64,000 nt of DNA from Octopus vulgaris (Eukaryota): NCBI GenBank assembly GCA_951406725.2, contig OX597815.1, forward strand, positions 94,426,001 to 94,490,000. The letters run 5' to 3'. The notes beneath the pieces are model-generated. The model saw only the letters and a program-made list of their open reading frames with translations. It was not told where the DNA came from and ran no database searches. Within the stretch, counting starts at the first letter, position 1; every line of letters begins with the position of its first letter. Below, one piece after another: positions 13,421 through 26,588 of the stretch. A program made the position numbers and the translations under genes.

Positions 13421-13652
13421 ATTAATGCATAAAAATGTTTTAACAATAATACATATACTGGTCTAACGTTTTAATCAGTCTAGTTGTAATACATGCATAG
13501 AGAGACATAAATAAATACACACACACATAAACGTCGGATAAACTTTTCCTATTTCCCTGTGCTTGTCATTTTATGCTTCACTTAGATATCTCTCTTGTAT
13601 GACACTGTTGTCAGCCTATTTCTCTCTATTTTTTTTGCGTCGTTAGTCAGTT

Positions 13653-13683
<31 letters not shown>

Positions 13684-14604
13684 CATTCACTCAGTCAATC
13701 AGTCAGTCGATCGATCGCTGTCTCTTCTCTCTATCTGTGATCGTTTGCCTGTGATTTTCTGCTTAGCTGTCTGTCTTTCTGACGTGAACAATAATTCAGC
13801 CTGCCAATCCAGAGTCGTACACTCACACAGAAATCACCAGCACATAACATACATACATACTTGGAGACACACTTAAATACACTCACACATATATGTATGT
13901 GCATGTATTCGTATGTGTGCATCCGTCTGCATATATTTGTGTGTCTGTTTATAATATTTTTTCCTATTATATTCATGATGGACTCTTGGTTAGTTCGGCA
14001 ACCATTCTATCTCTCTGAGATTTTACATTGATTGTATTATATTACTATGTCGCTAAATAGAAATTTTCGCTAAAGAATGCAGAAAACAAACCCGAATTTT
14101 TATCAGAAAAACCCCCACAAAAATGCAACTGTTTCATTACTCTTTTATTCTGTAAATACTGCTTTCAAAGAGAAAAAAAATGTTTTTCTGTAATACGCGA
14201 TGGCTTCCAATGACATCAAAACGAAGGAAATTCGGGTGATTATTTTGGAACTAAATATAGTGCATATTCACTCCAGAAATACATGTCCAACATTAAACTG
14301 AGATGTAAAAATTAACTAACTTGAAAATACGAAGCATAATAAAATAAAGAAATAATTGAATTTTCTTGTAATTGAATATTTTTACAATCATAAATCTAAC
14401 TAGAAATTAGTCTTTCTACGGTTTTCTTTAAATGTGTAATTCGCAGAAAAATATCATCGATAAGGATGTCGTGTCAGTGAGAGGGAGAGAGAAAGAGAGA
14501 GAGGGAGAGAGAGAGAGGTAGTTTATAAAAAGAGAAAGATTTTCGCCTTTTCGCCTAATCAAAACGTGTTATGTCAAAAATGTACAAAACCATTTGCTTC
14601 ATGG

Positions 14605-15085
14605 ACCAGCAAGAGAGTCTCTATGGGATTGCTCGTTCATGTAGAAATAACAGTAAAGATCTCATCGCATCACTTTAAAAGTGAAGGAGGTATTTGATAA
14701 TGCAATCCTCAATATAAATTGTTTGAAAATAAGAAGGGAAAGTTACGGCTGCACTGTATCTCTGATATATAGTATGGTCACGACTGGAATGTCTTTTTGC
14801 ATGTCATTTGGTTTATTAGGGCTGACTTAAAGCTAAACAATAACAACAACAACACTCACTTTCTTCACAAGCCAATGAAGGAACCCCTGCGTGGTCGTTG
14901 ACTTACTAGAAGCCAAACTACCCTTATCGCTCAACTTAGTGTCTTAAGAAAAGGATCGAGATATTGAAAGACAGCATAACGTAGTCTATTGTTTGAAAAG
15001 GAACAGAATGTTCATGGTTGGAATGCCTTAGGTCAATGTTTGCTGTTCATTCGCAGCTATCCTGCTATTAAACAATAACAACAAT
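14605..15085 (+). repeat. Two tandem decayed copies of an interspersed repeat ending GGCTGGAATGCC...GGGCTGAC...CTAAAC(AAC)n
   Basis: Related segments recur at about 37380-37600 (minus) and 50300-50670. Confidence 0.5.
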
Positions 15086-15170
15086 AACAGCGATACCAAC
15101 AGTAATAAATGATAAAGACGATTTAATTCAAGAATTGGTAAAATATATTTGTTATTTAGCGACAAAAATT

Positions 15171-15440
15171 AAGGCGGTGAGTTAGCTGAATCGTTAGCAC
15201 GCCAGGCAAAATGCTTAGCAGCATTTCGCATGCCATTACGCTCTGAGTTCAAATTCCGCCAAGGTCGACTATACCTTTTATCCTTTCGGGGTCGAATATA
15301 CCTTTCATCCTTTAGGGGTCGACTATAGCTTTCATCCTCTCGGGGTCGACTTTACCTTTCATTCTTTCGGAGTGGATAAAATAAGTACCAGTTGAACACT
15401 AGAGTCGAGCTAATCGGTTTGTCCTTTCCTCTGAAATTGC
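15171..15440 (+). mobile_element. Family B SINE with four internal 27-bp tandem units
   Basis: Family B head; GTCGACTATACCTTTCATCCTTTCGGG-like unit repeated four times at 15264-15371. Confidence 0.85.
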
Positions 15441-15688
15441 TTACCAACGGTGAATGAGCTTGCATGCCATACTTTGACCACAGCCTCATCGATGACACCG
15501 CGGTACTTAGCTGTTGAGAGATGTCATTTCCTTCCTACCAAATAATCATAACTTCGGCTACCAAGACAGTTTTTTCTTCAGGATAGAACCCTCTTTGGTC
15601 GGCGGAAGAAAATGCTACCTCTTCCAGAAAAAATTTTTACCCTCATGTTCACATCAGAAGCCAGATACAAAATAGAAAACAGGCTCCG

Positions 15689-16043
15689 TACTCTTTTACT
15701 TTTTTTATACGTTTCAGTCATTTGACTCGACCCCAAAACTTATTTTTTGTAAGCCTGGTACTTATTCTATCAGTCACTTTTGCCGAACCGCTAGGTTTTG
15801 GGGACATAAACACACCAACATGGGTTGTCAAGTGATGGTTGGGAGAAAACACAATCACAAAGATACATACAAATAAATATATATACTTCTTTCAGTCTCC
15901 GTCTACCAAATCCACTCACAAGGCATTGGTCGGCCCGAGGCTATAGTAGAAGATACTTACACAAGGTGCCACGCAGTGGCATTGAACCCAGAACCATGTG
16001 GTTGGTAAGCAAGCTTCATACCACACAGCCACGCATCCGCCTA
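15689..16043 (-). mobile_element. Family A SINE
   Basis: Same head, body and tail blocks as 4953-5369, with small deletions. Confidence 0.85.
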
Positions 16044-16149
16044 TGAATTTATTTATTTTCAGGAACCTTACCACCTCGTATTTAGAAATTGGTACCTTTG
16101 GATGGTGATGTTTGATGTTTGATGCTTCTTAGTTTTAATTCCCTGTAGG

Positions 16150-16605
16150 ACGGCTCATTTGGCAATTTCTTTATAAATCTTGTCGTGACTCGACTTGTAT
16201 CCGCAATCTAGTGCTTTGGAAAGTCCGGTCAAAATGTGACTTAGAGTGCAAGGACTTTCTCTATACTACTTATCGGATGTGTCCGCCTCTTTGTCCTACA
16301 TTTTCAGATTGTTTGGAGTTGGCAAGACATTAACCACATCACAGAAGAGGAGTAAAAATTTGCCCTGGTTGGTATTCAAGAACTCCTTCCATGATAGCAG
16401 CTGGTCACATTGCTTCTCCTGTCTGTCGAAGGCAATCCCTATAGCTTATACGTAGCCATTTTCTTATATTGCCTCTTGGATCTTCTGCATGGTGAGTTCT
16501 ATCCTGCTTCTAGTGTTGGCCTTACTCCACCTCAGTGCTGTAGTTTACAAGACCTAACTGTCCTTCACAGAATAGCGCCTAATAATTCCTTCAGGTATTC
16601 TTGAG
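16150..16605 (-). mobile_element. HERO-like RLE LINE fragment (post-RT region and degenerate zinc finger)
   Basis: Minus strand reads NVLPTPNNLKM*...TLSHILTGLSKAL...HDKIYKEIA, matching the DVLPTPxNL...TLxHILxGC..AL...RHD pattern. Confidence 0.6.
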
Positions 16606-17035
16606 ACTTCCAATTATTGTCATCCTCTGTGATATTGTTGATATGTCGTTATATCGTTGTTGTTGATATACCACCTATTAAATTCCACTCACAAAGAATT
16701 GGTCAGTGCAAGGTTGGTCTAGAAGAGCAAAAGATACATAACCAAGGCCCGGCATACTAACATGCGAGCCGAATTAAACGGTTGCGAAATGAAATTCTTT
16801 TACCATATATCGTTGTACGAACTTGAAAAAATAGAAAAAAATTGAAGACACATGTGGTCAAAAGTTTGCTTAGTTAGATGAATTAGGAGTTAAACAAGAA
16901 GTCATTAATGCAAATGAAAGAATAACATGTAAGCCACTGTCTTTAAAAAAATTACTGGGTTGTTTGATCGATCGAGAACATTGTCAAAGGTTTAAATAGG
17001 TCTCTTGTAAATCTAATAACTTTCTACTTAAAATA

Positions 17036-17062
17036 GACGTTTCGGACAAAATCCTTCTTCAG
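17036..17062 (-). ncRNA. Minimal hammerhead core in a Penelope-like terminal fragment
   Basis: CTGAAGA-A-GGA-TTTTG-TCC-GAAA-CG-TC; stem I pairing not evident. Confidence 0.4.
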
Positions 17063-18146
17063 AAAATCAGAAACATATTTCTTCGAGTTTTCCCCATCAG
17101 ACCATCTTTGTCATGCAGTTGCAAATGCATAGCAGTGAAGTGGTCTTAGAGAGAGAATTATCAAGGAAGAGAATTTGGATGAAGATAAAGTAATGAGGGA
17201 ATATGAGTAGTAAGGAAGAGGAAGAATAGAGTAAGAAGAAACGAGCTGGTTAAGACAAACGAGATATTATTTTGTTAAGGAAATCAGTGATCTCAGTATG
17301 AAGATCGTTAACAGTATTTCTGATAAAGCATGGTGGTCAAAACGTATGTCTGGTCAAGATTATGCTGTTTGGATAGCAGACGTTGATATGTGTGAATAAT
17401 AATGCTGAGAAGACTCTCCTTGAGGTAGCGGAAAGAGACATTCATATTTGTCTTAAACTGGCAATTTCAACTTTTTTATACCCTTCCGTTATCGCTTATA
17501 TTCTCTCTCTACTCACACTCACTAAAATTGTTTCCGTACACCTTTTCTCTCTCCGATTACGTACGTCACACGCATACAATTATTGCTATTTGCTATCTCT
17601 TCTAATCTCCGCTGCATCTAATTTCTTACGAAATCATAACGAAGTAAAACTGCTTTCATTACATGCAGAAGAACTTTGTCTGAAACGTCAGACTTCTTCG
17701 AAAGGCAGAAAACTTAAAGAATTTTAAACTCTACTTTTAGTCCACGCAAAATACTACCAGCGTTTCTAGAATCTGTGTGTGTGTATATTTATATATTTAT
17801 ATATATGTATGATTGTGTGTGTGTGTATGTGTGTGCTTATGTATGTATACAGATACACATAAATACATATATATTTTCTCAAACACACCTAGCTCACACG
17901 CACACATACATATACACATATATACACAATGCAAAAAAAAAAGTACAAACGAAATCAATATGACAGATTCCGTCAAAACGTTCTTTGTATCGTTCAACAG
18001 AATAAAAGTTTTGAAGTGGAATTAAAGAAACTGAAATATAAGGAGAGAGAATGAGGAAGATATTTCACCACCACACACTCACAAGCACTTACGTAGATAC
18101 ACACAAATACATATAGACACGCACTTTGAATACATATATTATATAT

Positions 18147-18180
<34 letters not shown>

Positions 18181-18204
18181 TAATATATACTAATATATAC
18201 ATAC

Positions 18205-18255
<51 letters not shown>

Positions 18256-18404
18256 AATATATACTAATATATGCATACATATATATATATATACATGTAT
18301 ATATGTATATATATATATATACAAATATATACATACATATATATATACATGTATATATGTATATATATATATTTACACATACACAAATGTACATACATAC
18401 ATAT

Positions 18405-18437
<33 letters not shown>

Positions 18438-19074
18438 CACGTGGAGAATACTACAGACAAAACACATACAGCACAAACAGACAAATACCCGCAGATATGC
18501 ACGCATGTATGCAGGGAAACAACACACACGTACCACGTACACGTAAGAGTACCCACACGACAAACCACACATCACATAGATACAACCACAGACATATACC
18601 ACCACACAATATACTCACCACATGTATCATACACCATGCATAAACACACGTTGCACACTCATAGACACAGACACAAGACTGTATTACAACACGAACACAG
18701 TATATTACACTCCACCCCACTCACACGGCACACATATAACATCGCACCACTCCATACTTCTCACAAAGACACAAGCTCATATACCATATTACAAAACAAC
18801 ACACGCACCTGCGCGCGCGCACACACACACTACGCTACACCTCTTACAAGCACACGAACTACAGCAAGCAATTGTTTGCAACTGATAGTGCCACTTCATA
18901 TGAAATTTACCCGTGATTTTTCTATTAAAATTTTCAAGCAATTTATACTATTATATTGTTGTTATTTTTTTGACATTTTTATTTCAGAATAACATTGGTG
19001 TTTGTTATTGCTATAATATAATGAAGCGTGAAATGAAGTCGTACACAAAGCCTCTCAGTCTGTCTCTCTTTGTC

Positions 19075-19171
<97 letters not shown>

Positions 19172-20148
19172 GCATACTTATAAACATATATATATGTGTA
19201 CATACACACACAAGCACAAGCACACATACACACACACACACATGACACCCATATACATATCTACCTGTCTCTCTCTGACGCTCTCTCTCTACATATCTAA
19301 AATAGTATAGTTTATAAGAAGCAATGTGAAATAGAATTAAAATCACTATAATGCAAGTTGAACATACAACAGTAAAAAACAAAAATAAAACAAAAACAAT
19401 TTACAGTTTTGACTTACACTTTAATATTTCGGCCATAAAAAAAACCTCTTATCAAAAGCAAAATGGGAAATGAGCTAAGTCGAAACGTGTATGAAAATCT
19501 GGGGATGTAGGTTGACGAGAGGGCATCTGTGTCTGCTTGAGACAACTCAAACGCCTAAAATAATTAACGTGGTATCAGATCATAATTGCTTGTGAATGAT
19601 GGCTATGCGTACATATATAGTCGAAGTTAACTCGTGACCGAGTAAGACTACTTCCTGGACCCATGCCACTCTATGAAATGCCTCAGATTTGGTCTCTTCA
19701 CCGCTGAAGATGACTCATATTGCTCCTATGGACCTGCAACAGACCTATAAGTCATTCCAGACCCATCAGAAGTCAGCACTCCCACAGCAACAGCCAGACC
19801 ATTTGGGTGTTGGAAACTACAATGCTGAGTGAGTCCACTAGCTGACTCAATCTGCTACACAGGGTGCACGAGGGAACATGCTGCGCATCACACTGATAGA
19901 CAGGATTATCTCCGTGACCACACGTGTAGCTCAGTAGGCCTGCCTTTGAGAAGACACTAGTCACACGACAGAGACTGTGTTGTGCCCTTCTCAGGAAGAT
20001 TGTTCACATCCTTTATGTATTTATCAGCATGTTTTAACTCAGTGTATGCGCCACTTGTTTTGAAATACATGGTTTCAAACTCAAACACCAATAGCAAACA
20101 GATTCTTCCGCAACAGCCCCCTAGCTGATGCAATATATTTCCAGGTAC

Positions 20149-20202
<54 letters not shown>

Positions 20203-20205
20203 TAG

Positions 20206-20409
20206 ATACTCTTTTATACGTTTCAGTCATTTGACTGCGGCCATGCTAGAGCACCGCTTTTAGTCGAAGAAATCGACCCACAGGACTTATTCTTTGTAAG
20301 CCAAGTACTTATTCTATCGGTCAGTTTTGCTGAAACGCTACGTTTCGCAGGCATAAACACACCAACATCGGTTGTCAAGCGATGGTGGGGGGGGGGACAA
20401 ACACAAACA

Positions 20410-20450
<41 letters not shown>

Positions 20451-20505
20451 CGGGCTTCTTTCAGTTTCCGATTACCAAATTCACCCACAAGGTTTTGGTC
20501 GCCCC
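20206..20505 (-). mobile_element. Family A SINE, 5'-truncated
   Basis: Tail and body identical in layout to other family A copies. Confidence 0.85.
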
Positions 20506-20766
20506 ATAAAATTTTTATTCTATTATTCTGTAAAATAAAATTTAATTAGTTTAAATGTACACAAATGTATAAAAATATTTTAAAATTCCATTAGACATTC
20601 CAAAATACTATTAAATATCATTCAATTTAAAAAAAGGTAAAATCGGACAGAACTTATTGGGATGACCTGATACATACATACATACATACATACATACATA
20701 CATACATACATACATACATGCATACATACATACATACATATTTACATATTTGTGAATGCACATATC

Positions 20767-21010
20767 TTAGTGGTTAGGGTGTTGTACTTACGATTCCGAG
20801 ATCGTGAGTTCGATTCCTAGACCGGGTGTTTCGTTGTGTTCTTGAGCAAAGCACTTCATTTCACGTTGCTCTGTGATCATTTCGTCATCTGACATGTGGA
20901 ACACGGTGCACCTGTACAGGTAATGTCGATTTGATGGAGGGAATGAGCTTATGTGTACACAGACATTTGATCACTATAAACAAATCATCTGTGTGGTTGT
21001 TCGGCAAGAA
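20767..21010 (+). mobile_element. tRNA-derived SINE (family C-like head)
   Basis: TAGTGGTTAGG A box, GTTCGATTCC B box, TTGAGCAAAGCACTTCATTTCACGTTGCTC core. Confidence 0.7.
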
Positions 21011-21014
21011 ATTC

Positions 21015-21895
21015 AATTTTTTATTCACCACAATGGGCTAGATATAAATGGATGAAACAGGACAGACAAGAACAAATAGGGGTTTATAACAGGGTGGAAT
21101 GTGCGGATGGAATAACAATATGAATAGAATTAACAAAAATATAAAAATTATATATAACAAGGTGAAATGTTGGGCATGGAGATCCCACAAGCCACGGCCC
21201 ATCACTGCTGTCACACGGGAGACTAAGGTATTACGTTCAAGTTGGCCACATTCATACTCACATACTCAACGATCGTACCACTTGCATCTGTCTAGTCCTG
21301 AATACACGCGACGGTAGCAAATCTCTCTCTAGCCTTATTTTTCTTTTTATGTGGTAAGAGAAATATTTGATTAAACCGTGGCCAGAGAGAAAGTTGCTCG
21401 TCTTTATTCCTTTCACTCTCGTCAGTCATACGACCTCTTTCGTTATAGCTACCAAGCATAGGAAAGTTGCCTGACTTTCCCGGCAAAGGAAAACTGTACT
21501 CCTCCTAGACGCGACAGCAGATGTTCCTCGTAAACACAAAGATCTGAAATCAACGGACACTGTACAATAGCGTACAGAACAGTTTCGTTGCTTTCTTCGC
21601 ATCTTGGACATGTCTACACATCTGTGCCTGAAGAGTTTTAGCGAACAGGCAGCGCTCTTCGGTAGCACTGCCAGGCCAGGGATTTCTAGTAGTTATCCAT
21701 GGGCCCCTGCCCAAAAGTCCTCCGGAACAGACTGGTGGGTTGACCGCCATCGAAGCCCAGAGCTTCCCCCAAAGCATCATTGCACTTAAAAGCCACTAAC
21801 TCTTTATAAAAAGACGAGATGGAGCCGCTGCTGCTCGCATTGCCAGTTCGGCAGAGAAGCGAGAGAGCCTGACGGCACTCTACTTGCCAAGCACC
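21015..21895 (-). mobile_element. L1/Tx1-clade LINE ORF2 3' end with zf-RVT-like zinc knuckle and 3' UTR
   Basis: Minus strand reads LAWQCYRRALPVR...TCPRCEESNETVLYAIVQCP, with several stops. Confidence 0.75.
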
Positions 21896-21896
21896 C

Positions 21897-21987
<91 letters not shown>

Positions 21988-22009
21988 TAATAATAATAAT
22001 AATAATAAT

Positions 22010-22208
22010 AAATACATAACAAAAACACCAGGACTTACAAACACATATAACATACAGAAAATTGCACTACTAGGCACTGCACACATCCTACGCAGAACAC
22101 TTTCCATACAATAACCATCAGAGCATCACAACAAATCACAGCACATACCCAAGGCACACAGAGCTGCGCTCGGTAGTGAAGTGAAAGCACGCTATAAAAA
22201 TAAAACTA

Positions 22209-22211
<3 letters not shown>
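22010..22211 (+). mobile_element. R4/Dong-clade RLE LINE, 5'-truncated, inserted in (TAA)n
   Basis: KYITKTPGLTNTYNIQKIALLGTAHILRRTLSIQ* matches the R4/Dong C-terminus; short 3' UTR; (TAA)n on both sides. Confidence 0.85.
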
Positions 22212-22285
<74 letters not shown>

Positions 22286-22297
22286 TAATAATAATAA

Positions 22298-22480
22298 CAT
22301 CGAGAAATACCTTAGGAATAAGAACCTAGGTTCGAAATTTCCCCAAGACACCTGATGAAGGCTGGAGGGTATATCAGACGAAACGTTGTGTTAACAACAA
22401 ACAGGATGAGGACAAATATCCGTCAAATGTAAATAATGTAAATAATGTACATAATTCCTTATCTCTTAAATATAGAACTC
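22298..22480 (+). mobile_element. Penelope-like terminal fragment with a minimal type I hammerhead (22347-22391)
   Basis: GACAC-CTGATGA-A-GGCTG...CAGAC-GAAA-CG-TT-GTGTT. Confidence 0.65.
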
Positions 22481-22549
22481 ATTAGGGAATTGTTCTTTTA
22501 ATCTGATATATGAATGACTGTCAATTTTCATTAATTTTTATGTGTTCAG

Positions 22550-23900
22550 GAATTTGTGTGTGAGGTGGGTGCGTTGAAATGTGTGATGCGAGGAAATTCG
22601 TTCGTGTGTTCTATTAAGTGTGTATTCTTGGTGTCAATTGCTGTGATGACAGATTCGGGAGTATGAAGTGTAGGTGTGTGTGTGTGTGTGGGTTGTGTGC
22701 TTGTAGGATGGTGTGTGTCTGTGGGGCGGCGGGAGGTCGGGAAAGTGTTTTTTCTTTTCCTTATTTTTTTGCAACTTCTTTCCATTCCTGGTCTGTTTGG
22801 AGTCGTTTTGACTTTCTGTGGTGATGTTGGTGCTGGTTGGTGTGGTGTTTTTGTTGTTAGCAGTAACCTTGTGAGCATTACTAGTCTTGGTGTCCCGGGC
22901 GGGCCTGTTGGTGGTATTCGGTTGGTTTTAGTGTTATTTGCTTCGGCCTGGTGCTCTGATGGCTCATCTGGTGGAGGGTGGCCCGTTGCTGCGGTATCCG
23001 ACGGGCAGGAGCTTCTGATGTAGCCCTTTTGACCATACATATAATAACATCTGGGTCTTCATCCCGCTACCATGACTCGTAGGGTTGTGTCATCTGATAA
23101 CTTGATTAAATCTAAGATCCTGTTGGGTGATCCTGTTGGATATCCTGTTGGGTGTCTTGGATTATAATTTCCAGGCCTTGGCCTTACTAGTTTTGTTGGT
23201 GGAGTTTCGTGACCTGCAGTATTGAAATGCTAATTTCCAAATCGAGCTTAATGGTTGCCACGTGCCACGCCACGTCAATTTCTGGTGGGACTTCCCCAAT
23301 TTTTGTTTTAGACGTGCGTCTACCCATATCAGTGGGCCGCACCAATTCATTGGTCTTCTAAGGAACTGGGAATTGTTCCTTTGTTTCTTCTTCGGAATCG
23401 AACCTTACCTCCACAGTGCTGTATTTTTTCCCTCTTGCCACGTATGTTGTATTGCCCCCAAATAGACTGTAGGCATTTTTCAATGTTTTCTTTAAGTATA
23501 TGCTCTATTAATTTTGAGTTTGTTGCATTAAATCACCGGACGGAATTAGGTTTACGTTGTTTTCCTTATGTTTTGAGAAGCTTTTATATTTGTCCAGGTC
23601 AGTCGAGTTTATTTTTATGGTCTCATAGTTGATAGTTGGTTTGGTTTCGTATGGTCTTTACATTTTCTTGAACGTTGTTGTTGCAAATTAGGCTGTCCTT
23701 GGCGGCATTTGTCTTATTTTCCTGGTCAATTGTGTTGTTCATCTCCTCTTGTTCGGGACAGCGAAGTGCTGGGAACATTTCGAGGTACAAATCGTCGAGC
23801 AGGTTATCCTATTCTTCGGTAATTGACTTTGCTTTGGCAGGAAGCCATAATTTAAAAAAAAGTGTAAACAAGTTACACAAGAAAAAGTAGAAAAAGTGCA
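22550..23900 (-). mobile_element. LINE ORF1 (gag-like) remnant with degenerate CCHC knuckle, probably L1/Tx1
   Basis: Minus strand reads VAG*RPRCYYMYGQKGYIRSSCP followed by a Pro/Thr/Lys-rich tail; many stops and frameshifts. Confidence 0.6.
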
Positions 23901-24656
23901 ATTCGCTCCATAAAGGGGGAATTCCTGAGTTCGATACTTCCCCTGCTTGGCCAGTTTAGATGCGAGAACACATAACATTTCGCAATAGGACATAATTTAG
24001 AAAAGCAATTAGCAAAACTTACTAGAAGAAAAAACACACGTCGGTTCGGCAACAAACTGACGAACCCTCATGCGTCGTCTAACGACGGGAGAGTCCATGA
24101 TGTATGTATGTATGTATGTATGTATGTATGTATGTATGTATGTATGTATGTATGTATGTATGTATGTATGTATGTATGTATGTATGTATGTATGTATGTA
24201 TGCATATATATATATATATAAGGAAAATACGAAAATGGAGATATAATTGGTAATTGAGATACATCAATTATTATTTATTGATTACAGAAAAAAGACAATA
24301 TCTCATTTAATAGTTGTTTCTGTTCATACTATTTTGGGCATATTCAGGCCTAATTATTACAATAATAATAATACTTATCACAGTAAATAAAATATTTCAA
24401 CTTAAGTAGTGGAACTTCATCAGAACGGAAAAATACAGAAAAAGAAAAGAAAGACAAAAAAAAATTATATATTAATTGATGTTGCATGCTATCCCTCTGA
24501 AAACCTATCTTTTCCTTAAACTTCGGTTTATTCCATTCCTTACCTATCATTTATGAGCATTAATATTAATACTCATAATCACATATAGGTAATACACCAG
24601 TAATTCATTGGGGTCAAATATTCCTTAGACAGTTTTATAACCTCTAATTGAACTCA

Positions 24657-24700
<44 letters not shown>

Positions 24701-25266
24701 GCACTAGAGTCGAGAGAAAATCTCCAGGAAGTTTTAGATTACACACACACACACACACATACGTGCGCGCGCGCACACACACACAATATTTGGATACATA
24801 TAAACTATAAGTTACACTCCTTTAAAGTGCGCGGGAGGAGTTTGTTATCTGAGCCAGCAATCAACGACGACGTCTGTATGCTTCGTAGATGAGATAGAAA
24901 ACTTTCAAAACACACCCATTGTTTTTACCAATTGACTAAAAAGCAAGATTTGTTGCTGAATTTCATCCTCTAAAGTATATTAAATTAGTTTCTTGAGAGG
25001 GTTTATTCCTATTTTTATTGGTTAGGATTTTCTTTATCTATTAATGTACATGATATATATGAATGAATATTCACACGTAGATACGTTAGTATAAACAACA
25101 GAGTTATTTGGTAATAAAATATACAGATCTAAATGAGTGTGGTTTTATCTACGAATAGTAACAGGAAAGACATAAGACTTTATTTATGAGAAGTGGAATT
25201 AAAGGTGTGGCTGGAAATAAATTTTCACTTAAGTAATTTTGCCTGTATTTATTATTTAGTGCGTGA

Positions 25267-25470
25267 AAGGTGGTGAGCCAGCAGAATCATTTGGACGACG
25301 AGTAAATTGCTTAACGACATTTCTTTCGGCATCACATTCTGTGTTTAAATTCCACCGAGGCCAGCTATGCCTTTTATCCTCTCGGAGTATGATAAAATAA
25401 AGTGCCAGTCAGATGCAATCGACTAGTCCTCCTACACAATTTCAGGCGTTGAATCTAAGGTAGAAAAAAA
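25267..25470 (+). mobile_element. Family B SINE, diverged
   Basis: Recognisable head, B box and body blocks. Confidence 0.7.
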
Positions 25471-25636
25471 ATAAATTAGCGTGTGAAGTAGATTTTATTG
25501 TGGAAAAGTGTTTACTGTGGTATATGTTTGGCTTAAAAGTTCGTTTGTGTAGAAGGGTATGGTTTTTGGTGTGAGATGAAGAGAAAATGATCGTAGTGAT
25601 GGTTCTACACAGATAAATACATACATACATGTGTAT

Positions 25637-25670
<34 letters not shown>

Positions 25671-25677
<7 letters not shown>

Positions 25678-26085
25678 TATCTCTAAATCTCTCTAAAGGA
25701 GACTACGGCAGCAGCACCGGATATTAATAGTTATCGCCAAGCTAACATGGCAGTCCAGGAAAATAGAACGAATGCTGCCGTTGATTAGCTCCAAGAGGCC
25801 ATCGCCTCTAGCTAGCTATGTGACACACAAACTTGTTTCTATTAAAACCATCGAACGGGGGGGGGGGGGGTCAGCAGCTTCCCCTTGCTGGTTCAACAAC
25901 CACAGACTAGTTTCGGCGTATTTGCCCTTATCAATGTGGAGTAGCCGAACCGAGGGTTTATTTACCTATATTCAGTGGAATACATCCATTGGTTTTCAAA
26001 AATAGAAATATTAATATTAATCTCCTTTAGAGAGATTTAGAAATATTTATATTTCTATTTTTGAAATATTTATATTTCTATATAT
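25671..26085 (-). mobile_element. Non-coding Penelope-like fragment with inverted ends and a hammerhead (25900-25939)
   Basis: Perfect 20-bp inverted repeat 25683-25702 / 26021-26040; minus strand CCACA-TTGATAA-GGGC-AAATAC-GCC-GAAA-CTAG-TC-TGTGG. Confidence 0.65.
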
Positions 26086-26091
26086 ATCAAT

Positions 26092-26359
26092 AGGGGACAT
26101 AAACACACCACCATCGATTGTCAAGCGATGTTGGAGGACAAACACAGACACACAAACATATACACAGACATACATATATACATATGCATATATACGACGG
26201 GCTCCTTTCAGTTTCCGTCTACCAAATCCACTCACAAGGTTTTGGCCGGCTCGAGGCTATAGTAGAAGACACTTGCCCAAGGTGCCACGCAGTGGGACTG
26301 AACCCGGAACCATGTGGTTGGTAAGCAAGCTACTTACCACACAGCCACTCCTGCGCCTA
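26092..26359 (-). mobile_element. Family A SINE, 5' half
   Basis: Near-consensus head AGGCGCAGGAGTGGCTGTGTGG...GGTTCAGTCCCACTGCGTGGCACCTTGGGCAAG. Confidence 0.9.
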
Positions 26360-26544
26360 TGCAAATATTCTTTTAAAATACTTTTCATTTAATGTTTCCA
26401 AAATTGAATTTGTTTTCCATGCTAACAGTTGAAAAAATCTCAATGACCGGAACCGGTACTGAAATGTCTTTTATAAAATTATTTTAGCATTTCCTACCTT
26501 GACATTTTTCCATATGTACATCAACTCGTGTGTTCCTTTTCAAA

Positions 26545-26588
<44 letters not shown>

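Noticed and set aside
15264-15371. CRISPR-like regular repeats
   Set aside because: Contiguous tandem units with no spacers, in eukaryotic SINE context.
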